A DNA stretch of 64,000 nucleotides, from contig JAJDZD010000022.1 of assembly GCA_022824865.1 (NCBI GenBank), forward strand, positions 36,115 to 100,114, in the 5' to 3' direction. A model generated the notes under the pieces. It had not been told where the DNA came from. It searched no databases and was given only the letters and a program-made list of their open reading frames with translations. The DNA comes from Chloroflexota bacterium (lineage in GTDB: Bacteria > Chloroflexota > UBA11872). This document shows, piece after piece, positions 1 to 9,627 of the stretch (positions within the stretch are counted from its first letter, which is position 1; each line of letters opens with the position of its first letter). Both the position numbers and the translations under genes were made by a program.

Positions 1-494
1 AACTCAGGAATGACGTTCATCTCTCCGAAGAGACCGTCGTACCCGGTGAAGTCGGCGAACATGTGGGCCTCATCCGGAAATTGCCAGCCGCCTTGGTGGA
101 GGGCGGCCTTATTCAGCGAGGCGTAGCAGATAGCGTCAAGGGCTCCCGCCGACGCGAGACCGATCATCTGCTTCAGCGTCTCGCCGCAGACTCGGCCGGA
201 CTCGGGTGAGACTCTGCCTCGCTCGATTTGGTCCGGATCTAGGTTTCCGAGGTCGACTACCGGCACGGTGCGGCGGGGCCAGGTCACTTCCGAGAGCGTC
301 TCGTAGACGTCGTAGGCGAATCTCAGGTTGGCGTCCCGCATGCCCTGCTCGAGGACGCGCACGTCACCGACGATCGCAACGCGAGCACGATCGCCGACGG
401 CCTTGGAGGCCATCGCTTTTACGGCAACCTCGGGCCCGATCCCCGCGCAATCGCCGAGCATAAGCCCGATCAGTGGCGGGTTGTTACCTGTCAC
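1..494 (-). CDS. PdxA-family dehydrogenase (4-hydroxythreonine-4-phosphate / D-threonate-4-phosphate dehydrogenase-like). Partial: the 3' end runs off the window, start is GTG at 494.
   Basis: Own translation of the minus strand from GTG (492-494): VTGNNPPLIGLMLGDCAGIGPEVA...GALDAICYASLNKAALHQGG..., with no stop before the window edge. This matches the conserved PdxA N-terminus (GDPAGIGPE) and the HK/NK region. It is absent from the ORF track because it lacks an ATG and is truncated by the window. Confidence 0.6.
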   Translation of the reverse strand, partial: MTGNNPPLIGLMLGDCAGIGPEVAVKAMASKAVGDRARVAIVGDVRVLEQGMRDANLRFAYDVYETLSEVTWPRRTVPVVDLGNLDPDQIERGRVSPESGRVCGETLKQMIGLASAGALDAICYASLNKAALHQGGWQFPDEAHMFADFTGYDGLFGEMNVIPE

Positions 495-654
495 ACCCGG
501 TCGCCTTTCGGTGCTGGCTCGCGTCTCCGTCGCGAGGGAGACGGGCCGATTCGGACACAGTTCGATAGTCGCTGACCGGACCGGCGCTTACAAATCCTCG
601 CGCGCCCGCTAAGGTGACGCGCGCCTGGAGGCCAGCCCAGCAAAGACGCAGCCC

Positions 655-2304
655 ATGCCACGCCTGGATCCTACGGAACTCGTGATCGGCGACGCGCCGC
701 AGTATTTCTTCGACAACGGCGTGGTCAGCGCCGTCGCCAACATCACCCGCACCGTGCACAGGCCCAGCAAGTCCCCGGCCAACCCCGTGATTCGGGCCGA
801 TCGACCCTGGGAGCACATCACCTACTTCTCGTTCAACGGCTGGCAGACCTGGCACGACGCGGAGACCGGGCGCACTCACTGCATGTACGAGGACTGGTGG
901 CTGGATCGCGACAAGCTAGCCCGCGGCGCAGGCGGCACCATTCACGCCTGGGCCAACGCCCGCATGCGCTACCTATACGCGCATTCCGACGACGGCGAGA
1001 CCTTTACCAAGCCACCCATGGGCGTGTTCAGCCACGACGGTGAAGACACCAACATCGTGATGGGATCGGAAGTCGACGGCTCGCCCCACTCGATGGGCCT
1101 GGTGCGCGACCCCTGGGAAAGCGACGACTCTCGTCGCTTCAAGGCCCTCTACTTTCACGTACCGCCCAGCGAGGAGGAGGTCGGCGGCGGAGTCGTTCGC
1201 CACGGCGTCTCGCCCGACGGCATTCACTGGACGCCGCTGGATGAGCCCCCGGTGGTCGGCGCCGAGCGTGCGCGCCTGGACGACACGGCCATCGTGGCCG
1301 TCAATCCTGAATCCCGCGCCTATCTCGCGATCACCCGCCATCCCTTCATGGTTGGCGCGCCCGATCCGATGCGTCTTCCGCCCCTGGGCCCAACCGGCGG
1401 CACGCCCACCTACGACGTTGCCACCGACCAGCCGGGCGGTCGCAACCGCCGCCGGGTCTTCATGATGGAAAGCGCCGACTTTCACCACTGGACCCGGCCC
1501 CGACTCGTGCTGGCCCCCGACCCCGACATCGACAATCTCGATACGTCGTTCTACGGCATGTCGCTCTACCGCGTCGGCGCCCAGTGGCTCGGCTTCATGG
1601 GCGTGTTCAACATGGTCAGCAACACCATGCACGTGGAGCTGACCCACAGCCGGGACGGGCGCAGCTGGCGGCGCGTGTGGCCGGGTCGCCCGTGGCTGGA
1701 ACCCGGACCGCCCGGCGCCTGGGATCAGTTCATGGTCAACGTCTCAAGCGCACCCATAACCGCAGACAACGGTGAACTCCGTGTCTACTACGGCGGTTCC
1801 CGCAATCATCACGACTGGTGGTTCGCCGGGCCGCCCGAGCAGTATGCCGGATCCAAGGCATGGGACCACCTGCCCGAGGTCAATGACATGAGCAAGGTCG
1901 GCTACGCCCTGGGCCTGGCCCGCATGCGGCGCGACGGCTTCGTGTCGTTGGACGCGGGACGCGAACGCGAAGGCCTCATCGTCACCGAGCCCATGGTCGC
2001 CCCCGGCGACCGCCTGCGCATCAACGCTTGCTGCCGCCCGGGCGGCTATCTGCGCGTTGAAGTCACCGACGCGCAGGACCGACCACTCACCGGCGCAGCC
2101 GAAGCCGACTGCGACGTGTTCGCCGGCGACGCCCTGGACCACATCGTCACCTGGAACGGCAGCCCAAACGTCCCCCACGCCAATCCCGGCGACCTGGATC
2201 CCCGCCGCCCCGGCGCTCCCTACCGCCGCCTCCGCTTCACCCTGCGGAACGCCGAACTCTACTCTTTCCAGTTCACCGCAGAGGACGCCGACTCGACCGG
2301 CTGA
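655..2304 (+). CDS. hypothetical protein, possibly a glycoside-hydrolase-like beta-propeller protein
   Basis: 549-aa ORF with protein-like composition (not Arg-rich). Motifs include VRDPWESDD and DRPWEH, and it is rich in W and D. I cannot assign a family confidently. Confidence 0.5.
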   Translation: MPRLDPTELVIGDAPQYFFDNGVVSAVANITRTVHRPSKSPANPVIRADRPWEHITYFSFNGWQTWHDAETGRTHCMYEDWWLDRDKLARGAGGTIHAWANARMRYLYAHSDDGETFTKPPMGVFSHDGEDTNIVMGSEVDGSPHSMGLVRDPWESDDSRRFKALYFHVPPSEEEVGGGVVRHGVSPDGIHWTPLDEPPVVGAERARLDDTAIVAVNPESRAYLAITRHPFMVGAPDPMRLPPLGPTGGTPTYDVATDQPGGRNRRRVFMMESADFHHWTRPRLVLAPDPDIDNLDTSFYGMSLYRVGAQWLGFMGVFNMVSNTMHVELTHSRDGRSWRRVWPGRPWLEPGPPGAWDQFMVNVSSAPITADNGELRVYYGGSRNHHDWWFAGPPEQYAGSKAWDHLPEVNDMSKVGYALGLARMRRDGFVSLDAGREREGLIVTEPMVAPGDRLRINACCRPGGYLRVEVTDAQDRPLTGAAEADCDVFAGDALDHIVTWNGSPNVPHANPGDLDPRRPGAPYRRLRFTLRNAELYSFQFTAEDADSTG

Positions 2305-2446
2305 TCCTACGGTCGCCTCCAGGCCCTCGGATCGCTCTTCGGTCTTGGTAAGCCAACAAAACTCGGCTAATTCAAAATCAGACTTTGAATCAGCCGACAC
2401 GCTGCCTTAGCAATCGCGTTGTTGCCCAGGCCGAGAATCGCTGCGG

Positions 2447-3181
2447 CTAGAGAGCTGACGCAGCGAGCAGCCGTCCTCGCTCAGGCCTGCTCATTCCGAC
2501 TCCCGCGAGTTGACTCACGTGCCACAACGTCGCCTGATTCGCCGTAATTACCGGCTTGCCCAGCGAGGCTTCCATGTCGCCGATGACCTCCGCCGTCCGC
2601 ATTCCCGTGCAGCTGATAAAGATAGCGTCCGCGTCGAGCCTGTTCACCCGTGACTCCACGATCTCCCGCGTCTCCGCCGGATCCACGGCTTCGATATCGC
2701 AACTGAGGTTCAGTCCAACCATGGCGGCCACCCGGAATCCAGAGGCTTCCAGGTAGGCGCGTAGCCGTTCGTTCAGGGCGTCGATATGCGGCGAAAGCAC
2801 AGCAACCGACTCTGCTCCAAGCGTTTGCAGGGCCTGCACGACGGCGGATGACGTCGTCGTCGCAGGCACGCCCGATGCAGTCGCCATCTGGTCAGTGATG
2901 GCCGCGTCGCCGCTGGGACCCAGCACGTAGCTGCCCGACGTGCATCCGTATGCCACGGCCCGTGCCCCGCGTTCAGCCAGACGCCGCGCCGCGCGCCCGT
3001 TCTCGGGATCCCGCGCCAGCCCCTCCACCAGCGCCAGTGTGATGTTCTGTTCCGGTTCCGGGTCCCTGCGGACGGATTCAATGTCCAATCGGACTCTTTG
3101 CGCGACAAACGCCTGGAGTTCCGCCCGGTGCCCATCCTGCACCGGCTCCGGCCAGACGATTCCGATTTGGCAACTATCCAT
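2447..3181 (-). CDS. Asp/Glu/hydantoin racemase superfamily protein (maleate isomerase / arylmalonate decarboxylase-like)
   Basis: The C-terminal 243 aa of ORF 2447..3727 (MDSCQIGIVWPEP...) are protein-like. The upstream 183 aa are Arg-rich junk. ATG 3181 lies 3 nt after the TAG of the upstream peptidase gene. The fold is a two-domain racemase-like fold (CTSGSY...ISCTG). Confidence 0.6.
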   Translation of the reverse strand: MDSCQIGIVWPEPVQDGHRAELQAFVAQRVRLDIESVRRDPEPEQNITLALVEGLARDPENGRAARRLAERGARAVAYGCTSGSYVLGPSGDAAITDQMATASGVPATTTSSAVVQALQTLGAESVAVLSPHIDALNERLRAYLEASGFRVAAMVGLNLSCDIEAVDPAETREIVESRVNRLDADAIFISCTGMRTAEVIGDMEASLGKPVITANQATLWHVSQLAGVGMSRPERGRLLAASAL

Positions 3182-3186
3182 GGCAG

Positions 3187-4392
3187 CTACCGCTCGATCA
3201 GCTCGCGCGGCCCGTGCGTCAGCACCTCGCAGCCGTCCTCGGTAATCACGCTCGTCTCGCTGAACGCCACCCCAAACTCCCCCAGCCGCCGCACGGCGAC
3301 CGGGTGGTGAAACACGACTCCTGGCTCCAGCACGCTGTCCGCGTCGCTTCGAATGAAGCCGGAACCGTCGGCCCAGTTCGGCGGGAATCCCGCCCCGATG
3401 CCGTAGCCGAACGTCCCGTGAAACACCAGGTCTTCGCCCGCGGCCTTCAGCTCGCGCCAGCCCGCGTCCGCCGCGTCGCTGGCGGCCACGCCCGGCCCCA
3501 TGGCCTCCAGGACAGCGTTGAGGGCGGCAAGGCACGCGTCGGCGGCCCCGCGAACCTCTGCCGAAGGCGGGCCGATGGTCAGCGTGCGCATCTGCGGCGC
3601 GGTGTAGCGCTGCACGCAGCCGCCGACTTCCAGCAGCACGTTGTCGCCCGACTGGATCGTGTGGCGCTTGTGCGTTGTGTGGAGCATCCCCGAGCGTCGG
3701 CCGCTGGTGACGATGGGCGAGAGGCACGGGTACTCGCTGCCGGCCCGTGCCATGGCTGCGAACGCAGCTCCCGCGACCTCGCCGTCAGATACGCCGGCCG
3801 CCGCGGTGGAGTTCGCGGCTGCCACCGCCGTCTGGGTAGCCACCGCCGCGCTGCGGATGTGCGCGATCTCGGCCGACGACTTGCGCCGCTTCAGCTCGAT
3901 CAGCAGGTCGGTCGCGTCGATGAGTTCCGCCAGCGGCAACGTGTGTGCCAACTCGGCGTAGAACGCTGTCGTCGCACCCCAGACGGCGCCGTCAAGTCCA
4001 ATGCGACCGCGTGTCAAACCGCGCTCGGCCAGGATTTGCGCCGCGTACGCCGGTCGCTCGATCTCCGGCGGGTACCCGTGCAGGTCGTCGAACCAAACGC
4101 CCAGCAGTGCCCCGCCGAACTCCGGCGGATCCATAGCGAGGGCCGGCTCGCCTTCCAGCGGCACCACCAGACACGCGCCGCCATCCACCGCGAATGTCTG
4201 ATATCCGGAGAGATAGAAGACGCTCGCCGGGTTCATTACCACCAGCGCGTCCAGCCCCTGCCCGTCCAGCGCATGTTGCGCCCGCGCCAGCCGTTCCCTG
4301 TACTCGGCCTTAGTGAACGCCGGCTCCGGCTCCAGGCCCGTCAGGCTCGTTTTGGGAAACGGTCCACCGCTCAGGCTGGCATGCACCCGCAT
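3187..4392 (-). CDS. M24-family metallopeptidase (Xaa-Pro aminopeptidase / creatinase-like)
   Basis: It has the creatinase/prolidase N-domain plus the pita-bread catalytic domain (HGTFGYGIGAGFPPNW, LEPGVVF). The likely start is the internal Met (MRVHASL...) at 4392. Confidence 0.7.
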   Translation of the reverse strand: MRVHASLSGGPFPKTSLTGLEPEPAFTKAEYRERLARAQHALDGQGLDALVVMNPASVFYLSGYQTFAVDGGACLVVPLEGEPALAMDPPEFGGALLGVWFDDLHGYPPEIERPAYAAQILAERGLTRGRIGLDGAVWGATTAFYAELAHTLPLAELIDATDLLIELKRRKSSAEIAHIRSAAVATQTAVAAANSTAAAGVSDGEVAGAAFAAMARAGSEYPCLSPIVTSGRRSGMLHTTHKRHTIQSGDNVLLEVGGCVQRYTAPQMRTLTIGPPSAEVRGAADACLAALNAVLEAMGPGVAASDAADAGWRELKAAGEDLVFHGTFGYGIGAGFPPNWADGSGFIRSDADSVLEPGVVFHHPVAVRRLGEFGVAFSETSVITEDGCEVLTHGPRELIER

Positions 4393-4411
4393 CGCTACGT
4401 CCTTCCGTGGG

Positions 4412-5419
4412 CTACCGATACTTGCGCGGTCCCCATTGGGCCTCGTAATAGGGCGCAATCATGCCTCCGGGCGGCGCGACAACGTCTAGCCGCTTGCGGT
4501 CGGCGTCGGTAACCGAAACTTCGAGGGCACCCAGGTTGCCCTTCCAATGCTCCAGGGTCCGCGGTCCAACGATCGGTGCGGTGATTCCGGGCTGCCCCAG
4601 GTTCCAGGCCAAAGCCACCTGACCGGGACTGCATCCCTTCTCGCTGGCGATGGCCGCGACCTCATCTAGCACCGCAAACGCCGCTTCGCTGTGCAGGTTT
4701 CGCTGCTCTTGCGTCTCCGGGTTCTTCTCGAACCGCGTGCCTGGCGGTGCGGCCTTGTCGCGCTGGTAGATTCCGGTCAGAAACCCGCTGGCCAGCGGGG
4801 CCCACGGGATGATGCCGATTCCGTATGTCTGCGCCATCGGTACCAACTCGCGCTCGATCCGCCGATCCAGCAGGTGATACGGCGGCTGCTCGCAGATCGG
4901 CCGGTTGAGACTCAGTTTCTCGGCCACCCACAGCGACTCGACCACCTGCCAGGCCGGCCACGTGCTTGTGCCGATGTAGCGCACCTTCCCGCTCTGCACC
5001 AGGTCATCCAGCGCCCGCAGTGTCTCGTCGGGCGGCACGTCAGGCGACGGACGGTGAATCTGGTACAGGTCGATGTAGTCCGTCTGCAGCCGTCGCAGCG
5101 ACGCCTCGCACTGCTCCAGGATGTGGCGGCGGCTGTTGCCCTGCGCGTTCGGGTCTTCGTCGTCCATCGCGAAGTGGACCTTCGTTGCCAGCACCGCCCG
5201 CCCACGCCGGCTCGGCTCCCGCAGCGCCTCCCCCACTATCGTCTCGCTCGTCCCGCGACCGTACATATTGGCCGTGTCGATAAAGTTGACCCCGGCGTCC
5301 AACGCGTGATCGATGATCGCCAGCGAGTCCTCGCGGCTCGTCGCGTTCCCGAAGTTCCAGCAACCGAGGCACAGGGGACTGACTTTGACGCCAGTGCGAC
5401 CGAGATTTCGGTAGTCCAC
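4412..5419 (-). CDS. aldo/keto reductase
   Basis: Carries LGCWNFG, IDTANMYG and IGTSTW motifs. The GTG start is preceded by AAGGAGG. Confidence 0.85.
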   Translation of the reverse strand: MDYRNLGRTGVKVSPLCLGCWNFGNATSREDSLAIIDHALDAGVNFIDTANMYGRGTSETIVGEALREPSRRGRAVLATKVHFAMDDEDPNAQGNSRRHILEQCEASLRRLQTDYIDLYQIHRPSPDVPPDETLRALDDLVQSGKVRYIGTSTWPAWQVVESLWVAEKLSLNRPICEQPPYHLLDRRIERELVPMAQTYGIGIIPWAPLASGFLTGIYQRDKAAPPGTRFEKNPETQEQRNLHSEAAFAVLDEVAAIASEKGCSPGQVALAWNLGQPGITAPIVGPRTLEHWKGNLGALEVSVTDADRKRLDVVAPPGGMIAPYYEAQWGPRKYR

Positions 5420-5626
5420 CGTGACCTCCTTGCGTCGGTGACGTCTGCCGCAGCCGACGTGAGTGTGTCACGTTGACCGCGGAAACGCAGCTTTCTCGGT
5501 TTGACGCGGCGCCGGGCGCAGTGCGTCCGCGGCCCGGCGCCGTGCAGCGCGTATCCGCCCATCGAAATAGGCGGCCACATCGGCTTCGCTAGACTCCGTT
5601 GGCTTTCCCTCAAGTGGAGGACGCGC

Positions 5627-7027
5627 ATGGCCAGTCGCCCGAACATCCTGTGGATCGTCATGGACTCGCAGCGGCCCCACAACATCGGAGCCTACGGCGA
5701 TCCGAGAGGGGTCACCCCGGTCCTGGACCAGCTGGCGGCTGAGGGCGCTGTCTTCGAGCGCAACATCACCTCCGCGCCGTGGTGCCTACCCTCCCACGCC
5801 TCGATGATGACCGGCCACTACGCCAGCACTCACGGCGCCGACGGCCGGCACGAACGGCTGAGCGAGGAATACCCAACGATCGGCGAGGAGCTGACCGAAC
5901 TCGGCTACGCAACCGTGGGAATCTCCAACAACGCCTACATGAGCGCGTCGTCGGCGTTGCATCGCGGCTTCATGGACTGGAGCTACGTACTGCCGCCGCT
6001 GGGCGCGGCCGACCAGGACAAGGGCGGCGCCCAGGTGGTGCGGCAGATGCTGGACTGGCTGCGGGGGCACGAGGAGGACGAGCGCCCGTTCTTCATGTTC
6101 GTGAACATCAACGACACGCACACGGCGTACATCGCGCCGGAACCCTGGCACTCGCGCTGGGCGCCGGACGTCAGTCGCGAGGAGGCCCGCGAACTCAACC
6201 GGTCGCAAGGCGGTTTCGCCGATCCTTCGCGGATGGACGGGATGCCGGATGACGTGCGGGACAAGCTGTATGCGCTGATGGACGGCGAAGCGGCTTATGT
6301 GGACGACCTGATTGGCCGGGTGGTCAGCTACCTGCGGGATGCCGGGACGCTGGACGACACGATGGTGGTGGTGACGTCGGATCACGGCGACGTGATCGAG
6401 GAGCACCCGCCGTACTGGAACCACCAGTTGACGGTGTTCGAGGCCGTGGCGCACGTGCCGCTGATCGTGCGCTATCCGGCGGCGTTCGAGGCGGAGACCC
6501 GGATCTCGGCGCTTACGCAGACTCATGACGTGGTCGCCACAATTTACGACCTGATCGGGGCCGAGCGGCAGCTCGAGTGGCTGGGCGAGAGCAGCCACAG
6601 CCTGCTGCGCGCCCGCGACGGCGACGCTCGCAGCTATGCGCTGTGCGAGTTCGCGTTTCCCGTGAACATGCTGGAGCGCGTCACGCGCCAGGGCCGGGCC
6701 TTTGAGCTACGCCGCTTCTTCCGGGCGCAGCGGGCCTACTACCGCGACGAGTGGAAATACATCTGGACCAGCGACGGCCGCGACATGCTGTACAACCTGG
6801 CGGATGACCCGACCGAACAGGTAAACCTGTTTGAGAGCGAGAACGACCGGGCTCGGAAGTACTACCTGGAGCTGGAAGCCGTGCTGGGTCGCATCCCGGT
6901 GAACGATTACGGCGACTGGATGGTGACCGAGTACATGAAGGGCACGCCGAAGGAGAGCTGGGAGAAGATCCGGCGCTGGGGCTACCTACGACCGGGTCAG
7001 GCCGACAAGCCGGCGTTCCGCAACTAG
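5627..7027 (+). CDS. sulfatase-like hydrolase (alkaline phosphatase superfamily) with a divergent active-site motif
   Basis: NILWIVMDSQRP...APWCLPSHASMMTGHY...DTHTAY. GGAGGA lies 5 nt upstream of ATG 5627. The upstream in-frame part of the ORF (5501-5626) is Arg-rich. Confidence 0.8.
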   Translation: MASRPNILWIVMDSQRPHNIGAYGDPRGVTPVLDQLAAEGAVFERNITSAPWCLPSHASMMTGHYASTHGADGRHERLSEEYPTIGEELTELGYATVGISNNAYMSASSALHRGFMDWSYVLPPLGAADQDKGGAQVVRQMLDWLRGHEEDERPFFMFVNINDTHTAYIAPEPWHSRWAPDVSREEARELNRSQGGFADPSRMDGMPDDVRDKLYALMDGEAAYVDDLIGRVVSYLRDAGTLDDTMVVVTSDHGDVIEEHPPYWNHQLTVFEAVAHVPLIVRYPAAFEAETRISALTQTHDVVATIYDLIGAERQLEWLGESSHSLLRARDGDARSYALCEFAFPVNMLERVTRQGRAFELRRFFRAQRAYYRDEWKYIWTSDGRDMLYNLADDPTEQVNLFESENDRARKYYLELEAVLGRIPVNDYGDWMVTEYMKGTPKESWEKIRRWGYLRPGQADKPAFRN

Positions 7028-7050
7028 GTCAACCGTCGGCGGCTCGTCGG

Positions 7051-7950
7051 TCAGGGCGCCCGGGCCTCCATGATCCAGGCGTGGCGGATGTCGAGAGGCA
7101 TCCGCAGACCGTCGTGGACGGCGTGGCGGCGAAGGAGACGTTCGCGGTCGTAGTCGAAGCGTTCGATCCTGGGCTGGAGCCGGCCGTTCGCTTCGGTGAT
7201 CGTGAGGAACGAGGGACGGTTGTCGTTGACTGAGAGATCCGGGTCGTCCACGCGCCGGTCGATCTCCCGTCCGCTCGGGTCTCGGTAGCGGAACAGCGGC
7301 GCCGCGACCGTACCCGGGTTGGCCAGCGCCCCGTCGGCGCCCTGGCTGATGAAGGGATAGTGGGTGTGCCCGATCACGGTCAGATCCACGGCGGGATCGG
7401 CAAAGATCTCCGACAGCTCGGCGGGCCGAAGCCGCCAGTTGGTGGTCTCCGGCGTACGCAGATTGAAGTGGCCATGCATGAGGCGCAGGGAGTGGCCCCG
7501 CCAGCGCACATCCAGGATGTCGGGCAGGCACTTCACGAACTCCAGCTGGTCGGGCGTCATCTCACGGTAAGCCCCGAGTTCGGTGTCGTCGGGCGCGCCT
7601 TCGCCTGAAGGCGGCTCGGCCTTGAGGTACTCGAAGATTGCGCTGTCGTGGTTGCCGCGGGTCGTGCGCCCGGCAGCGCGGCGCATCGTCCATTCGAGCG
7701 TGAAGCAGCCGTCGATCCCGCCTTCGAATATGTCGCCGTTGACAAAGACGAGATAGGGCTCGGCCAGCTGGTCGAGCCAGCGGTCCAGGGCGTCCAGCGG
7801 CTCCTTGTAGCCATGCAGGTCGCTCACGATCACCAGGCGCTGGATTGAAGGATTGACTTCGACCTGGGCGGTCAATCTGCCAGCGGTAGGCGCGGACGCG
7901 CCCACGTCCGGGGCGCTGGCGTTGGTGCATCTAGAGAGCATCTGGGTCAT
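7051..7950 (-). CDS. metallophosphoesterase (calcineurin-like phosphoesterase)
   Basis: Carries VSDLHG, GDIFEGG, GNHD and GHTHYP motifs. Confidence 0.75.
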   Translation of the reverse strand: MTQMLSRCTNASAPDVGASAPTAGRLTAQVEVNPSIQRLVIVSDLHGYKEPLDALDRWLDQLAEPYLVFVNGDIFEGGIDGCFTLEWTMRRAAGRTTRGNHDSAIFEYLKAEPPSGEGAPDDTELGAYREMTPDQLEFVKCLPDILDVRWRGHSLRLMHGHFNLRTPETTNWRLRPAELSEIFADPAVDLTVIGHTHYPFISQGADGALANPGTVAAPLFRYRDPSGREIDRRVDDPDLSVNDNRPSFLTITEANGRLQPRIERFDYDRERLLRRHAVHDGLRMPLDIRHAWIMEARAP

Positions 7951-8131
7951 TCACTTGCGATGACACGGACAGGCTACGTCGCCGGTGTGCGTTGTGGCAC
8001 CGGACTGCACCTCCCGCACCATGAGGTCCCAAGTGTCGATCCGCGCTGGCCAAGAGCATCTGAATGTGCCTATCCAGTAGGCTAAACGTTCGAGAACGTC
8101 CGACGCCCTCACGTTTCCAGGAGCCGCCGCC

Positions 8132-9487
8132 ATGACCATGACAATGAGCGCCCCACCGACGGCCGCCGAAATTGCCGAACTCAACCGGGAATACACGTTC
8201 TTCGACTGGGCGGCGCAGGGAGCGGTGAATCCGGTGGCGGTGGAGCGCGCCGAGGGGTCGTACCTGTATGACCACGACGGGCGACGGTTCCTGGATCTGA
8301 ACGCCCAGTTGATGAATGTCAACATCGGGCACCAGCACCCGGCGGTGGTGGCGGCCATCAAGGCGCAGGCCGACAAACTGTGCTACGTGAATCCGCGCTT
8401 CGCTTCGCAGCCGCGCGGCGAATTGGGCCGCGAGTTGGCCGAGATCACGCCGGGATCGCTGTGCAAGAGCTTCTTCACGCTGGGCGGCGCGGAGGCGACG
8501 GACCATGCGGTGAAGATCGCGCGTCTGGCGACGGGGCGGCAGAAGATCATTGCGCGACGCCGCTCGTACCACGGGTCCACCTATGGGGCACTCACGCTGA
8601 CGGGCGAGGCGCGGCGCTGGGCCACCGAGCCGGGCATTCCCGGCATTGTGCGGGCCGCCGACCCCTACCAGTACCGCTGCCGGTTTTGTTCGGGGCAAGC
8701 GCAGTGCGACCTGCGTTGCGCCGACGACATCGACGAGGTGCTTCGGGTAGAAGGACCGGACAATGTGGCGGCTGTGATCGTGGAACCGATCGCCGGGGCC
8801 AATGGCGTGGTGGTTCCGCCGGACGGGTATCTGCCGCGCGTGCGCGAAATCTGCGACGAGTACGGTGTGCTGCTGATCGCCGACGAAGTGATGACCGGCT
8901 TCGGGCGCACCGGCCGCTGGTTCGCCGTGGAGCACTGGGGCGTGGAGCCCGACATCATGACCATTTCGAAGGGTCTGACGTCGGGAACGGTCCCCCTGGG
9001 CGCGGTGGTTGTCACGGACGAAATCGCTCATCACTTTGAGGACAACCCCTTGTGGGCCGGGCTGACCTACGGCGCGCACACGCTGGCGTGCGCGGCGGCG
9101 CTGGCCACGATTCAGGCCTACCGCGACGAGGGAATCCCGGAACGCGTGGTCGAAATGGGCGAGCTGCTCAAGGACGAATATGCGGACATGTCGGCTCGCC
9201 ACCCGAGCATTGGCGAGGCGCGCAGCCTGGGCCTGTTCTCGGCGCTGGAACTGGTGCGCAACCGGGAAACCCGCGAGCCGCTGGTGCCGCAGATCGATCC
9301 GGCGTTCGAGAACTACGGCGTCATGAAGGAGATGTTCGCCTACATGCTGCAGCGGGGCGTGGTGACGATGACGCGCTGGAACTGGCTGATGGTGAACCCG
9401 CCGCTCACCATCACGGCGGAGGAACTGCGCGAAGGCTTGGCCGTTGTGGACGAGGCGCTGGACCTGGCCGACCAGGCCATGGTCTGA
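8132..9487 (+). CDS. class III (omega) aminotransferase, PLP-dependent
   Basis: Carries SYHGSTYG and IADEVMTGFGRTGRWFA with the downstream Lys, and is about 450 aa long. Confidence 0.85.
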   Translation: MTMTMSAPPTAAEIAELNREYTFFDWAAQGAVNPVAVERAEGSYLYDHDGRRFLDLNAQLMNVNIGHQHPAVVAAIKAQADKLCYVNPRFASQPRGELGRELAEITPGSLCKSFFTLGGAEATDHAVKIARLATGRQKIIARRRSYHGSTYGALTLTGEARRWATEPGIPGIVRAADPYQYRCRFCSGQAQCDLRCADDIDEVLRVEGPDNVAAVIVEPIAGANGVVVPPDGYLPRVREICDEYGVLLIADEVMTGFGRTGRWFAVEHWGVEPDIMTISKGLTSGTVPLGAVVVTDEIAHHFEDNPLWAGLTYGAHTLACAAALATIQAYRDEGIPERVVEMGELLKDEYADMSARHPSIGEARSLGLFSALELVRNRETREPLVPQIDPAFENYGVMKEMFAYMLQRGVVTMTRWNWLMVNPPLTITAEELREGLAVVDEALDLADQAMV

Positions 9488-9540
9488 GGGGCTGCGGAAC
9501 GGGCGTCGAATCGCGGCGAAAACGGCGCTCTCGCGCGAAT

Positions 9541-9568
9541 AAGAGTTTTTTCCAAACGCGATTATCCC
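9541..9568. repeat. left terminal inverted repeat of the IS1595-like element
   Basis: Reverse-complement match to 11818-11845 (2 mismatches in 28). A weaker match continues about 16 bp inward. Confidence 0.55.
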
Positions 9569-9627
9569 TTCTTGACAAGTACGGCCGAAAGCCTTAAAAT
9601 GGTGGCATCAATCGAGAGGAACCGCCG

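Noticed and set aside
206-612. Two short plus-strand ORFs (206-463, 328-612) at the window start
   Set aside because: Both are Arg-rich. The minus strand here encodes a clean PdxA-family N-terminus, so these are antisense artefacts.
2447-3727. Full-length 426-aa call for the racemase ORF
   Set aside because: The N-terminal 183 aa are Arg-rich and overlap the upstream peptidase gene. It was trimmed to ATG at 3181. Similar N-terminal trimming was applied to 18042-19022, 22739-24628, 13151-13993, 41666-43408, 44463-45206, 5501-7027, 19703-20440 and 59958-61556.
3214-4512. 432-aa ORF on the plus strand
   Set aside because: Antisense to the M24 peptidase gene. Arg-rich composition.
7931-9202. 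423-aa ORF on the minus strand
   Set aside because: Antisense to the class III aminotransferase. Arg-rich junk.
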